Shown piece by piece: positions 52,201-62,587 of a DNA stretch of 64,000 nucleotides. The first letter of the stretch is position 1; each line of letters starts with the position of its first letter. Location: assembly GCA_030704615.1 (NCBI GenBank), contig CM060733.1, positions 31,310,001 to 31,374,000 of the forward strand. The letters are read 5' to 3'. Source of the DNA: Takakia lepidozioides. Lineage: Eukaryota > Plantae > Bryophyta. The position numbers were made by a program, and so were the translations under genes. The notes below the pieces were generated by a model that saw only the letters and a list, made by a program, of their open reading frames with translations, had not been told where the DNA came from and did not search any database.

Positions 52201-53400
52201 AATGCATGACAAACTGCTGCTGCTAGACTCAGTGGAGAGATTCATCGGCTTTTGTGTGTAGGTACCTTAAGTGTCTCCCCAACTGCATTCACTCTCCCCA
52301 TCTGTATCCAAGTGTCAACTGCTTCACAAGCACGGCGGTTGATGTGTGGGAAACTATTGCGGAGATTCTGACCCGTGAATGTTGCCACTATTATCTTAAA
52401 GACATAATCTTGTGCAGCCGATCTAAGTTCTTCGTCAGTAACATTTCGTAGGAGCAATAGATTGAATATAAATTTAGGGTACACAGCCTGGAGCAAACGT
52501 TGAGCAGATGAAGCGAGAAACTTGATAGACTCAGGAGAGTTCAAGACGATGATGGGGTAGCCCAATATTGACATTCGGTAAAGCTCTCCACATCTGCAAG
52601 CAAGGTCCATCCACATCATAATTAGTTCGTCTAAGAGAAAACAATTCCACGCAGAGTGAATATTAAATTTTAGTGAACTCCTCACTGGGGACTAACTGGG
52701 GACGCAATATAGTTAGGTTTGTGCGGCAGTCAGACATCTCTAGACTCTAAGGCTTGCAGACTTTGCTTCTTAGTACCCCTCACTTGAGCAGATACATTCC
52801 GGCATCGCAAGAGAGATACTCTAGAGAGGCTTTTCAGTTTTGGCACAAAATAATAATTAAAAATAACATTGTCCGAAGTTTTCATAAATTTCCCCTTACA
52901 TGTTGAATTTTCAGATTCTTAATTTCAAAAACATATCACACATTCCTTCATTGTGTTGATTTTTTTTAAATTCAGCAATGGCATGTCAATACTTTTTTCT
53001 AGTCAAATAAATATTTGGCACTCAAGTACCAGGCTCATCTGATAGCTATATTCATGAACGAAATGCATGTGCATATTACCAAGAATCTATTAGGGTCTTG
53101 TCATGAATCATGCATTGGGGTGCATGACTGCTTAATTACAAATGTAAACCTGAGAAAGCGATCGCGAAGGAACGTATGTACTCCTTGCCACAAAATTCGA
53201 GGGCCTTCTCCAACAAAGGGCAGACTCCAGCTGATTGCAGGTACTAGCTTCACTGTCTCATTACTTGTAACAGTTTGTTTTCTGGAACTTCGGGATGCGA
53301 AGCTTGAAGCGAGTATTCCCAGCATCACGACCAGAATTGCCCATGCCCATCGTGAATCGGCAACCTCAACCTCCATCTCCCCTGGGGCAGCAACTTCCAT
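49294..53400 (-). CDS. Cytochrome P450, CYP85 clan (CYP707/85/90-like exon structure), 9 exons, 489 aa, intact
   Basis: Exons 53150-53400, 52266-52593, 51976-52125, 51554-51793, 51219-51308, 50939-51017, 50435-50541, 49726-49844, 49294-49399. All introns are GT-AG and phases are consistent (1470 nt total). It has an N-terminal membrane anchor, LPFVGE, EVLR (ExxR), GYKIPKG, PSRF and the heme motif FGAGANLCPG. Exon sizes of 150/90/79/107 nt are typical of the clan. Confidence 0.93.
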
Positions 53401-55642
53401 ACTATATATCTGCAAGGAGAACCATCAGAATATGTCATATGTCTAGTGAGCATACTTATAAAATTATAAATCTAGAGTAAGTCATCACATCAAAGAAAAC
53501 AATGAATATCCGAGCCTCTAGTTAGCTCAGGAGAATTCTTCAGAGAAGATTTGTGAAGTTGTACAGGCCACCTGCTGATCCATGTGGCCAATCCTCTCGA
53601 AAGTACCTACAAAGCACAAAGTTTTACGCTGTTGATGTACAAATAAGCTGTAAACCCTGCTATATTCGGTTGGTGGGCCCACACATACTTTACTGTCCTC
53701 CCAAAAAACGAATGATTCCAGCCGAAAACTGGAAATATGAGTGCTCCTAGCCTCAGAGAGCTCCTGCATCTGCCAAGAGTTGGACACATACTGACCACTT
53801 GAAATGCAAGCGTGTGGCGACCATCCAAGATTATCTCACGTGTGGCTAGGTGGACCAGATAGTAGGCCTCCAACATAGGCAATGGGTGCATTTAAAGCGG
53901 CCTGACCATGCATTCTGTGGCCAACCACGAGGCACTCTGTAGTGGGGGAATACAGACAAAGTGGTTGAATTGTGGAAAATATGCCAGACTATTTGACTCT
54001 CAACAATGCTCCACATGGACTTACCTCACAGGAACCTTAAGCTCATTCGAAAGAGCCGAGATGTAAAGGATTCAGTTTCCAATGCTTTTTTTGCAACATT
54101 TCAAAAATAGTGTCCCAGAAGTGATGGATGTTGATGACTCAATTAGATAAAACCAAGACATGCAGGCTTCCAATCTCTTCACACAACTGCCTGGCCTAGG
54201 GAGGAAACATATCCACATAATCAATGACCTTATTGATTTAGCTCGAAGCCTCTTCCACTTGAGGGCGGGCTTCCAGCCTCCCGCAACCTGGTCATGCAGA
54301 TCAAGTGACACATCTACGTGAGGGTGTGCTGCAGAGACTATCGTACAGACAGATCCCACTCAACCTATATATACAATCTTCTTCCCCCGTTATACTTATT
54401 GCAAGTTTGAGAGGTCAACGCCCATAGCTGTCCAAGCCATAATATGTTCCCACGTATTTATCCTCATGGCTAATGTGACTTGAACAGATTTAGGAAGTAG
54501 TGGTGTGCTCAACGTCATGCATTGTGGTCTACAAACTGAAGGTCTACGTCTTTCAAGCAAAGTGTGTGCTCCATCTGTGAGGGTATATCTAGATGAGAGG
54601 TTGTTCTCTTCCTCCAGATAAACTAATCGTAAGATAACACGACCACGGCTCCTAGGCTTTGGGAGGCAACGCAGTCATCTTAGACCGTAGCTAGGGGGAG
54701 CCATTCTATCAAGATGTGTTGGACCTTCCCTTAGACCTTCATAAGCATGATCAGATGGGCCTGCCCCAACCATTAAAGATCCTTCATAAGCTTAAATGGG
54801 TGAAATAAATCTCTAAAGCTTGTTTGATTTCTGTTGCTAGCAAAGCAACTGGTAGCATCCATCAGAGAAAGGGAGAGGGTGGCATCAGTTCTCTTACCTG
54901 TGGTGAAGCAACCTCGAGGTGATGGAATTCAACTCGATCAGAAACTTTGAATACAGGTGTGCTTTCCCCCGACCAGACTGCAAACAAAATGATAGTTGCG
55001 GCCACGGAGCAACCTATCGTTGACTGCTTTAGTCCAAGAACCACCATAACACTTGCTTAGTTCGGTGCACGCCTCCCATGCCACTATCCTCCTCCCCATC
55101 TCTTGTACGCAAGACACCGGGTAGCTAGGACGACATCTAGACAGTCCAGTGAAAGTGACCTTATGTCCCTGCTCACAAATTGAAGTTAACGGTTGCCGGT
55201 CAAGTCTTCCTCTAACCAAAGTAGCTATGAGTTCTCTTGGCGTGCCGCAGTCCTCCGGATAAAGGCGGATAAAGGCGGATCGTAAGAACCCCTTTGTTCT
55301 CAATAAAGAGATGTCTGCATGCATGCAGTAATGGGCGAAAACCAGGTAGTCACACGCACACATTATCACATTCAGCAAGTAATCTATGGTAGGTAATCTC
55401 CAAAAGGATCTCACAAGTTTACACATGCTCAATAGTAGGGTCGCTCGGGCAACCAGTATTCCTGGGACTCTTTCTGGTTCGACAGTCCTATTCTGAGCTG
55501 GTGCGGAGCGCTAGCTTTGTAATTTAGATACGTATGTATACCTAGTCGACCCAACTTTAGAATTGACAGACATGCAAGCTTCCATAAGGAGTGTAACTAA
55601 AGACACCTCCCTTCTACCCAACTAAGGAATTGACGACAAGCT

Positions 55643-57801
55643 TGTTGGAGATGTCAAGGCTATAGCCCTTGCACCGCACACCGAGGACAGAACTGGACGG
55701 GTAGCTCGGTGGGAGAGGACACCACCGGAATGGGAGATGTTATAGGTTCAATCCCTAGCCCGACCACATGTCAATGGTTTTCCAACATGGTAATAATAAG
55801 TATGATGCCTCTTGAAGGGAGTGTAACTTAACTTAAACCAATGGTGTCTCTTAACTTAACTGGTGCTAATGGTGTCTCTTCACCACAAGAGCTATGCCTT
55901 CTTGTTGAAAGGTGGACACCTTCATGACACACCAGACCATGGTTTGGACCGTGGTTTGAACCCACAACCACATCCAACGTGGTATGTGCCCATTACCACT
56001 GGGCTACATGTTGGTTGTCTCCAACATAGTATCGGAGCTAGGGGAAAGACCTTGGGAATCACATTTTACTAAGTGTTAGAAATCACTAGGAGGATTTATG
56101 TGTATTTGTCTTGGTGTGGAGCCTTGCTCTACCATACTAATATCTATCGAGTTTTTTTTTTTAATCTTGAATCTAGTATAAGCATTGCTCCAGCAAACTG
56201 CTTCTATACTAACCTGCGACTGTTTGGTTGTCGACTAACTTGTGCTACTAACATTGTAAAATCTCCTTGTACACATGCATCACTAACAATAGATTGTTTT
56301 TTTTTTTTTTTTTTTTTTCTTCTTCTTTGTCACAATGACTACTAACGGGAAGAATATAGGATTAGGATTCTCTGAACAAAACAAGCTAGTTGGTAGATCT
56401 AACTATGCTGTATGGAGCTTCAAGGTTAACAATCGTCTGATGATCAGAGATGACATTTCTCATGTTCTTGATTCCAAGTTGAAGTAACTGAGGACAACGA
56501 GGAATTGTTTGAGAAACAACAGAGGAAAGCCTTGTCGTTTATTCGGGACACTGTGTGATAGACTTATCCCCTCAGTGAGTCGTATAGATATCCCCAAGGA
56601 GCTGTGGGATCATCTAGCAAAGGTGTTTCAGGTCAAATCTAACTCTAGAAGGCTCAACATCAGAAATAAATTATCTCTTCTCAAAAAGGATGATGACACT
56701 TCCATGGAATCATTTCTAGGCACAGTCACTGACCTAGTGAATCATCTTGCTTGTTTTGGAGAGATTAGAGATAATGATGTTATTTCAAAGATGGTACTGA
56801 ATGCCCTGCCAGATTCATACGAGTGTTATTACACTCAATCAATCATGATTTCTTACAAAGAAGAATTGCCGGATTTTGAAGAATTTTCTGGGATGCTGTT
56901 GTATAAAGAATCTCGACGAGAGCTCAAGAGCAAGAAGACCAGTGACAAGGATGAGGCACTTTGGGTGAAGTTCAAGAAATTTTAGAAAAAGGAAGGAGTG
57001 GTCACTCACGACTTTTTGCAACAAGAAATCCACATCCTGCTGCAACAGATGTGGCAAGCCCGGCCACTGGGCTCGAAACTGCGCTGTGCCATACGAGAAA
57101 ATCCTAAAGATTCACTCGAAGCAGCAAGCCAACATGATTGACGATGATCAAAGTGATCAAGACGGCTCTGACCCTGAGGATGATGAAATTACCGACTCAG
57201 CTCATATGCTAGAAGTTGCGTTAACTTCCATGGACGTAGGGAAAGAGTCTGACTGGTATGTAGACTCTGGAGCTAATAGACATATCTCTGGGAACAAGTG
57301 CTTGCTACAAAACGTAGTAACACCAGCTCGCACAAACACCGTGAGATCAGTTGGGGGGAGTACATCACAATGTGGCAGATCTGTCAAGGCACCTACAGAA
57401 ATCAGATTTTTGTTAACTCCAAGCACGTAGAGAACATCAGTTATCTTTTATTGCTCCATTTGAAAGCTGAAGGTTGGCAACCAAGGAGACTAGCTGAAGA
57501 ATTGGGCATTTTGGAGGTTGGACCTAATGCTCTATTATGTGATAATCAAAGTAGTGCAAAGATTGCAAAGAATCTAGTTTTTCATGCGAAGACAAAGTAC
57601 ATTGAGATACATCACCATTATATTAGAGAGAAAGTCGAGAGTGGTGAAATTGACATCATCCATGTTCCAACGTAAGACCAGATTGCAGACATACTCACCA
57701 AACCATTCGGCAAAATCAAATTTGAGAAGTTCAGGAAAGATCTTGGAGTTCACAGCTTGGTTCAATCCCTAGCCCGACCACACGCCAATGGTTTTCCAAC
57801 A
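55643..57801 (+). mobile_element. Internally deleted Ty1/copia element with a 5-bp TSD (AAGCT)
   Basis: TGTTGG...CCAACA is flanked by AAGCT at 55638-55642 and 57802-57806. 55745-55787 repeats at 57759-57801. It encodes gag (ELWDHLAKVF, LNALPDSY), protease WYVDSGA and the RNase H end CDNQSS...HAKTKYIEIHHHYIRE. Confidence 0.92.
55695..55766 (+). other. tRNA-like (Pol III A/B box) sequence within the copia 5' LTR
   Basis: GGACGGG pairs with CCCGACC-A as an acceptor-like stem. A box TAGCTCGGTGG; T-arm TAGG-TTCAATC-CCTA. The anticodon arm is degenerate. Confidence 0.7.
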
Positions 57802-58062
57802 AAGCTTCATCGCTCAGAGATTTCACACTGCAGATCTCACTGTCGAACCCCTCTGAAATCAAGCATGGCAGTGAAGGCTAGAGGTTTTATCTGCCCAAAA
57901 ACCTCTTCAAAGTGATGCTTGGAAGGCGTCGAGAGAATGCACCCTCATTGCCTAGCCCTGACCAAACAATATCCTGAAGCAGCTTCTACAGCTTGGAGGA
58001 GACACGGCTCGGACTGAATGGAGAGAAGGGCTCCCCAATGTGAGCAATGAAATATTATCGTA

Positions 58063-59672
58063 CCTTGCATGGAGGAATGATGGCTTGTCGGAACCTGGAT
58101 GCAGTAGCTTTTATATAGTACCGGTAAACGGCCTCCCTGGACCCTTCGTACCGCCCTCGTGCCCTGAGAGCATATTCAACCGTGTCCTGCCATCGGGCCC
58201 CGCCAAGCTGCTCATGGCGTGGAGTTTGGCCTGAATTTGAGTCTCGGTCTCGTATAGGAGACCGACGAAAGGACGTCCACGGCCCGCCAAGCTGCTCATG
58301 GGGTGGAGTTTGGCCTGAATTTGAGTCTCGGTCTCGTACAGGAGACCGACGGAAGGACGTCCACGGCCCGCCAAGGCTCGCGAATTTAAATAACCTCTTT
58401 CATAGTAATTGTGCCATGGAGACGTATAAATGGGACACCACCTAGCGAAGGGGGAGAATAGAATACTACACTTGTCAAGTAGCAAGATTTGACCCCAGAA
58501 TCATTTGGGTGGCACTCGGTGCAATTAACCAACTGAGCTACTGACTGTTGGTCTCATGAGTTAAAAAATGATTTAAACAATCTTCCGGAGGGTATACCAA
58601 TATGTTTGGATTGAATAACTTTAAAATTGACATGAACAACCTTCCGGCAGGTATCCATCAAATAAGACTCAATGATAAGAACAACCTTTTGTAAGGTAAA
58701 ACTATTTATATTCAATCTGAAAATGAGCCATGTTCCTATGAAAGAGATTATTTTCTCCTCTCACAAAAATTTAGGGGCCTGATTTGTGAGCGGCCGCTCT
58801 ATGGTATTTCTGTTTTTAATATGTTTTCCTAAAATATGGGAAGTATAACGCCCATATACAAGTAAAATGTAGTACAAATATAATACTTGTATGGGCGTTG
58901 ATCGTCATGTAGGCCTCATGGCCCATAAATGAAAGGGGGTTAATTTTTCCCCCTCCTCAAGGGCCTGAATTGTGGGCTGTCGCTCCCAAGTTTTCTTTTT
59001 ATAATAATAATAATAATAATAATTTATATCCGGGTTGATAACCGGTTGGTATTTGATTGGAATACCCATCCTATTGATACCCCTCCCCAAACCTCAAATC
59101 ATACTAATATTGAGAACCGACGGATATTAAAATTAAGTGAATCTTGCAATACTATGGAACCGGCTAGTATTGAAAATTTCTTTTCAATACCCGGACCTGG
59201 CTGGTATTAGGAAAAGTAATACCTGCCCAACACTACTCCTAACTCCCCAGTTGGTGAGAAAAACGAGATGTTAGCATCAATAATACTTGTCACTGATTAA
59301 TAACAATCACTTAAGATCATTCCAATAATTCTGTCATATACCATCACTCAATTATGCACTGGCTCACCGATTAATCTTAGTCCACTTTAGTGATTAGAAT
59401 AAGGCTCCATTACTCGCCATTAAATAGAGGATGTATTGGGGCCTTTGACTATACATCTTATCCATATTATATGCTCGTCCTCCCCCCACCGCCTTGCATG
59501 GAGGAATGACGGCTTGTCGGAACCTGTACGTAGTAGCTTTTATATAGTACCAGTAAACGGCCTCCCTAGATCCTTCGTCCCGCCCTCGCTGCCCTGAGAG
59601 CATCTCCAACGGTGTCTTGCCATCGCCCCGTGCCAAGCTCCACCGCCCTGTGCTCATGGCGTGGAGTTTGGT
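58063..59672. repeat. ~170-bp dispersed direct duplication (58063-58230 / 59492-59672) plus a local ~88-bp tandem repeat (58197-58375)
   Basis: CCTTGCATGGAGGAATGA.GGCTTGTCGGAACCTG...GCTCATGGCGTGGAGTTTGG occurs twice. Confidence 0.88.
58485..58547 (-). mobile_element. Degenerate tRNA-derived SINE-like head
   Basis: The minus strand reads TAGCTCAGTTGG (A box) ... GGGGTCAAATC (B-box-like). Confidence 0.4.
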
Positions 59673-60556
59673 ACAAGAGACCTGGAGAAGGACGTCCACC
59701 AAGGTCACACTAAATCTAGAGCCAAGGTGGGCTGGCCAGTCTGCGGATGCACCACACCAGGTTGCACCACACCTGCTATTCCTATCCCAAAAGCAAGATC
59801 GCGACTTCTTCATACCTTTGCGAGACATGCACGCACCAAACTTGCTCCCTAGTGCTTGGGCGTGCACGTGCACAAACATGCAAAAATATGGCGTACCCCT
59901 GACCTTGGCATAGGTCTCTCCGCGCCAAACATAGCGTTGGCGAGTGCGGTGGGTCACGATCCCGGAAACGGCCAGCAAAATCGTGATAGAAATGGCATTG
60001 CGTACTTACCTGCATTTGGGTGCTCTCATGATACCATATACCTAGGCGACACTACTTTGCCCTACAACTACAGGCTAGGGAGGACACCCACGAGAGGCTT
60101 GCCCAGTTATTAGAGTGAAGGGATAACTTTGTTTGGCTGACAAATTTCTCATCCACCAGCTTCACATCAAAATGTCTTTTCATCTGAAAGAACAAAACTT
60201 AGTTCATCCACACCCTGGAGCCTTTCGGGCGCCAAAGATAAGGCGATGTATTCATGCCCATTTGGGCCACGTAGGCGTACCGCCCGGGCGCATTCTGGGG
60301 GGCCTTTTCTATTACATAGAGCACTGCCAAAAAATATTGTTTGTATATATCGTGCGGTTAAAAGCAGAATTCATCGGAGTGCATTCCGAAATGCAGAATG
60401 CACCGGCAGGGAAATATTCTCTTAATTTTTTTGGCATTTCTTTACTCAGGGTGCTCCGCCGTTCCCAAACCCGTCGTCTCCGTACTGCAGCTTAAACTCT
60501 AGCACTTTTGTGAAAATGTGAACTGCTTACTGCAGGGTACGGGAGCATTGGAGTCC

Positions 60557-62587
60557 ATGGATGCAACACAGCTTGATCAGGTCATCAACAATGCCGTTGA
60601 GTGGAGTTTCCGTAAGCAGAATCGAGAGGGCTATTGGGCGGGCCAGGTCGAATCAGGCTGTACAATGGAAGCCGAGTGGATTCTGGCTATGCATTTCCTG
60701 GGCGTTACAGACGACCCAAAGAAAGATGAAGTCGTGCGCTGCATTCGGAGCATGCAAAGAACTGACGGATCCTGGGACACTTATCATCAAGCTCCTGCAG
60801 GTGACCTTAGCACCACCGTCGAGTGTTATGTGGCCTTGAAAGCATCGGGATCGCTACCCAATGAAGCATCCATGGTAGCTGCTCGAAAATGGATTTTTGA
60901 ACATGGTGGACTTCCAGCGACCCGCGTGTTCACGAAAATTTGGTTAGCTTTGTTGGGAGAATGGTCATGGGATGATGTCCCTTGCGTGCCCCCAGAAATA
61001 ATCTTCCTACCACAATACTTCCCGTTCAATCTTTACAACTTCAGCTGCTGGGCAAGGGGAACAATCGTCCCACTGAGCATCCTTTCTGCTCGGCGCCCAG
61101 TACGTCCGCTGCCACTGGACTTTTGTTGTCATGAGCTCCATGAACCAGAGGACATGAAACAACGTCAAAGCAAGAAAACTACTCTTTCAAATCTCACCAG
61201 ACATGTCTGTGAAAGTTTATTCCTCTACTTCGACAAGTTCCTCATATGGTATGGTAAGAGCCGTTTCAAGCCTGGCCGTGAGGTGGCCATCGCATGCTGC
61301 TTGGCCTGGATCCTCAGGCGACAAGATTCTGACGGAACTTGGTGTGGTGTACAACCTCCTTGGGTGTACTCGTTGATGGCGTTGAGCTGTGAGGGATTTG
61401 GCCTGGATCACCCAGCCGTCCGCAGCGGCATCCGGGCTTTTGATGCCCCTTTCGCGGTAGAGACCACGCGCGGCACCTACACCCCACCCTGCACGTCAGT
61501 CATTTGGGACACTTTGCTGATGCAACTAAGTTTGCTAGATTGTGGGATCGATTTTAAGGATCCCAAACTCGCACTCTCTCTCAGGTACATCCTCGATAAA
61601 CAAGTGTTGGTGAAAGGTGATTGGTGCGTCAAGGTGCCAGATGCATTGCCAGGGGGTTGGTGTTTCCAGTTTGAAAACGCATTCTATCCGGACGTAGACG
61701 ATACAGCGGTTGCGATAATCGTGCTGGGCACTGCGGCCTCCTACCCTGACGTGAAACGGGTAACGATGGCCTTGGAGCGGGCTCTTGGTTGGATCACTGG
61801 CATGGTGTGTAGCAACGGTGCATGGGCCGCGTTCGACAAAGACAACATCAACCAGTTGCTATGCATGCTCCCATTCTGCGATTTCGGGGAGGTTCTTGAC
61901 CCGCCGTCAGTGGACGTGACGGCGCATGTTGTGCAAGCTCTTGGTATGTTGGGACGCACCATGAAGGACCCCTTGGTTGCCGGTGCTGTGAAATACATCC
62001 GAGCGGAGCAAGAGCAAGATGGCAGCTGGTTTGGTCGGTGGGGTGTGAACCACATCTACGGCGTCGGCTGCGTGTTGCCCGCACTGGAAGCCGTCGGCGA
62101 GAGCATGGAATCCCCGTATGTGCGGAAAGCTTGCAGCTGGCTGGTGGCCCACCAAAACGAAGACGGCGGATGGGGTGAATCTTGTGCTTCTTACGTTGAC
62201 CAAACCTTGCGCGGCGTGGGTCCCAGCACTCCGTCACAAACCGGGTGGGCACTGATGGCTTTACTGGCTCAAGGCTCAGCCGCTTATCTTCAACCGATCA
62301 GAAACGGAGTCGACTATCTTGTGCGCACACAAACTAGCGAGGGCTCATGGCACGAGGAATACTTCACAGGCACAGGATTTCCTGGGTATGCAGGAGGTGG
62401 TAATGTGGACCTGCGATCGAACAGCTCGCAGGTGCAACAGGGCAAAGAGATGAGCCGAGCATTCATGCTGCGATATCACATGTACCGACACTACTTCCCG
62501 CTCATGGCCTTGGGTCGATCCCGGCAATACTTCGCCAACTTGCAGGGCTCCATATCTCCTGCACCCACATCTCATCTGCAACTATAG
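60557..62587 (+). CDS. SHC: Squalene-hopene cyclase, bacterial type; uninterrupted CDS, 676 aa from the first ATG
   Basis: Catalytic YPDVDDTA (DXDD rather than the DCTAE of oxidosqualene cyclases). QW repeats QNREGYW, QRTDGSW, QDSDGTW, QEQDGSW, QNEDGGWGE, QTSEGSW. Also RVFTKIWLALLG, PFCDFGE, DVTAH, FTGTGFPG and YRHYFPLMALGR. A likely splice acceptor (CTGCAG at 60535) could add an upstream exon. Confidence 0.97.
   Translation: MDATQLDQVINNAVEWSFRKQNREGYWAGQVESGCTMEAEWILAMHFLGVTDDPKKDEVVRCIRSMQRTDGSWDTYHQAPAGDLSTTVECYVALKASGSLPNEASMVAARKWIFEHGGLPATRVFTKIWLALLGEWSWDDVPCVPPEIIFLPQYFPFNLYNFSCWARGTIVPLSILSARRPVRPLPLDFCCHELHEPEDMKQRQSKKTTLSNLTRHVCESLFLYFDKFLIWYGKSRFKPGREVAIACCLAWILRRQDSDGTWCGVQPPWVYSLMALSCEGFGLDHPAVRSGIRAFDAPFAVETTRGTYTPPCTSVIWDTLLMQLSLLDCGIDFKDPKLALSLRYILDKQVLVKGDWCVKVPDALPGGWCFQFENAFYPDVDDTAVAIIVLGTAASYPDVKRVTMALERALGWITGMVCSNGAWAAFDKDNINQLLCMLPFCDFGEVLDPPSVDVTAHVVQALGMLGRTMKDPLVAGAVKYIRAEQEQDGSWFGRWGVNHIYGVGCVLPALEAVGESMESPYVRKACSWLVAHQNEDGGWGESCASYVDQTLRGVGPSTPSQTGWALMALLAQGSAAYLQPIRNGVDYLVRTQTSEGSWHEEYFTGTGFPGYAGGGNVDLRSNSSQVQQGKEMSRAFMLRYHMYRHYFPLMALGRSRQYFANLQGSISPAPTSHLQL

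Noticed and set aside
53500-55640. Degenerate coding-like sequence upstream of the P450
   Set aside because: No identifiable motif; it is probably old TE debris but cannot be classified.
55695-55766. Functional tRNA gene
   Set aside because: The anticodon arm is degenerate, the acceptor stem has a mismatch, and the sequence lies within an LTR; it is recorded as tRNA-derived only.
60557-62587. SHC as bacterial contamination
   Set aside because: It is contiguous with plant TE and AT-rich sequence, has no neighbouring hpn operon genes, and has a splice-acceptor-like site upstream. Read-level confirmation is still advisable.
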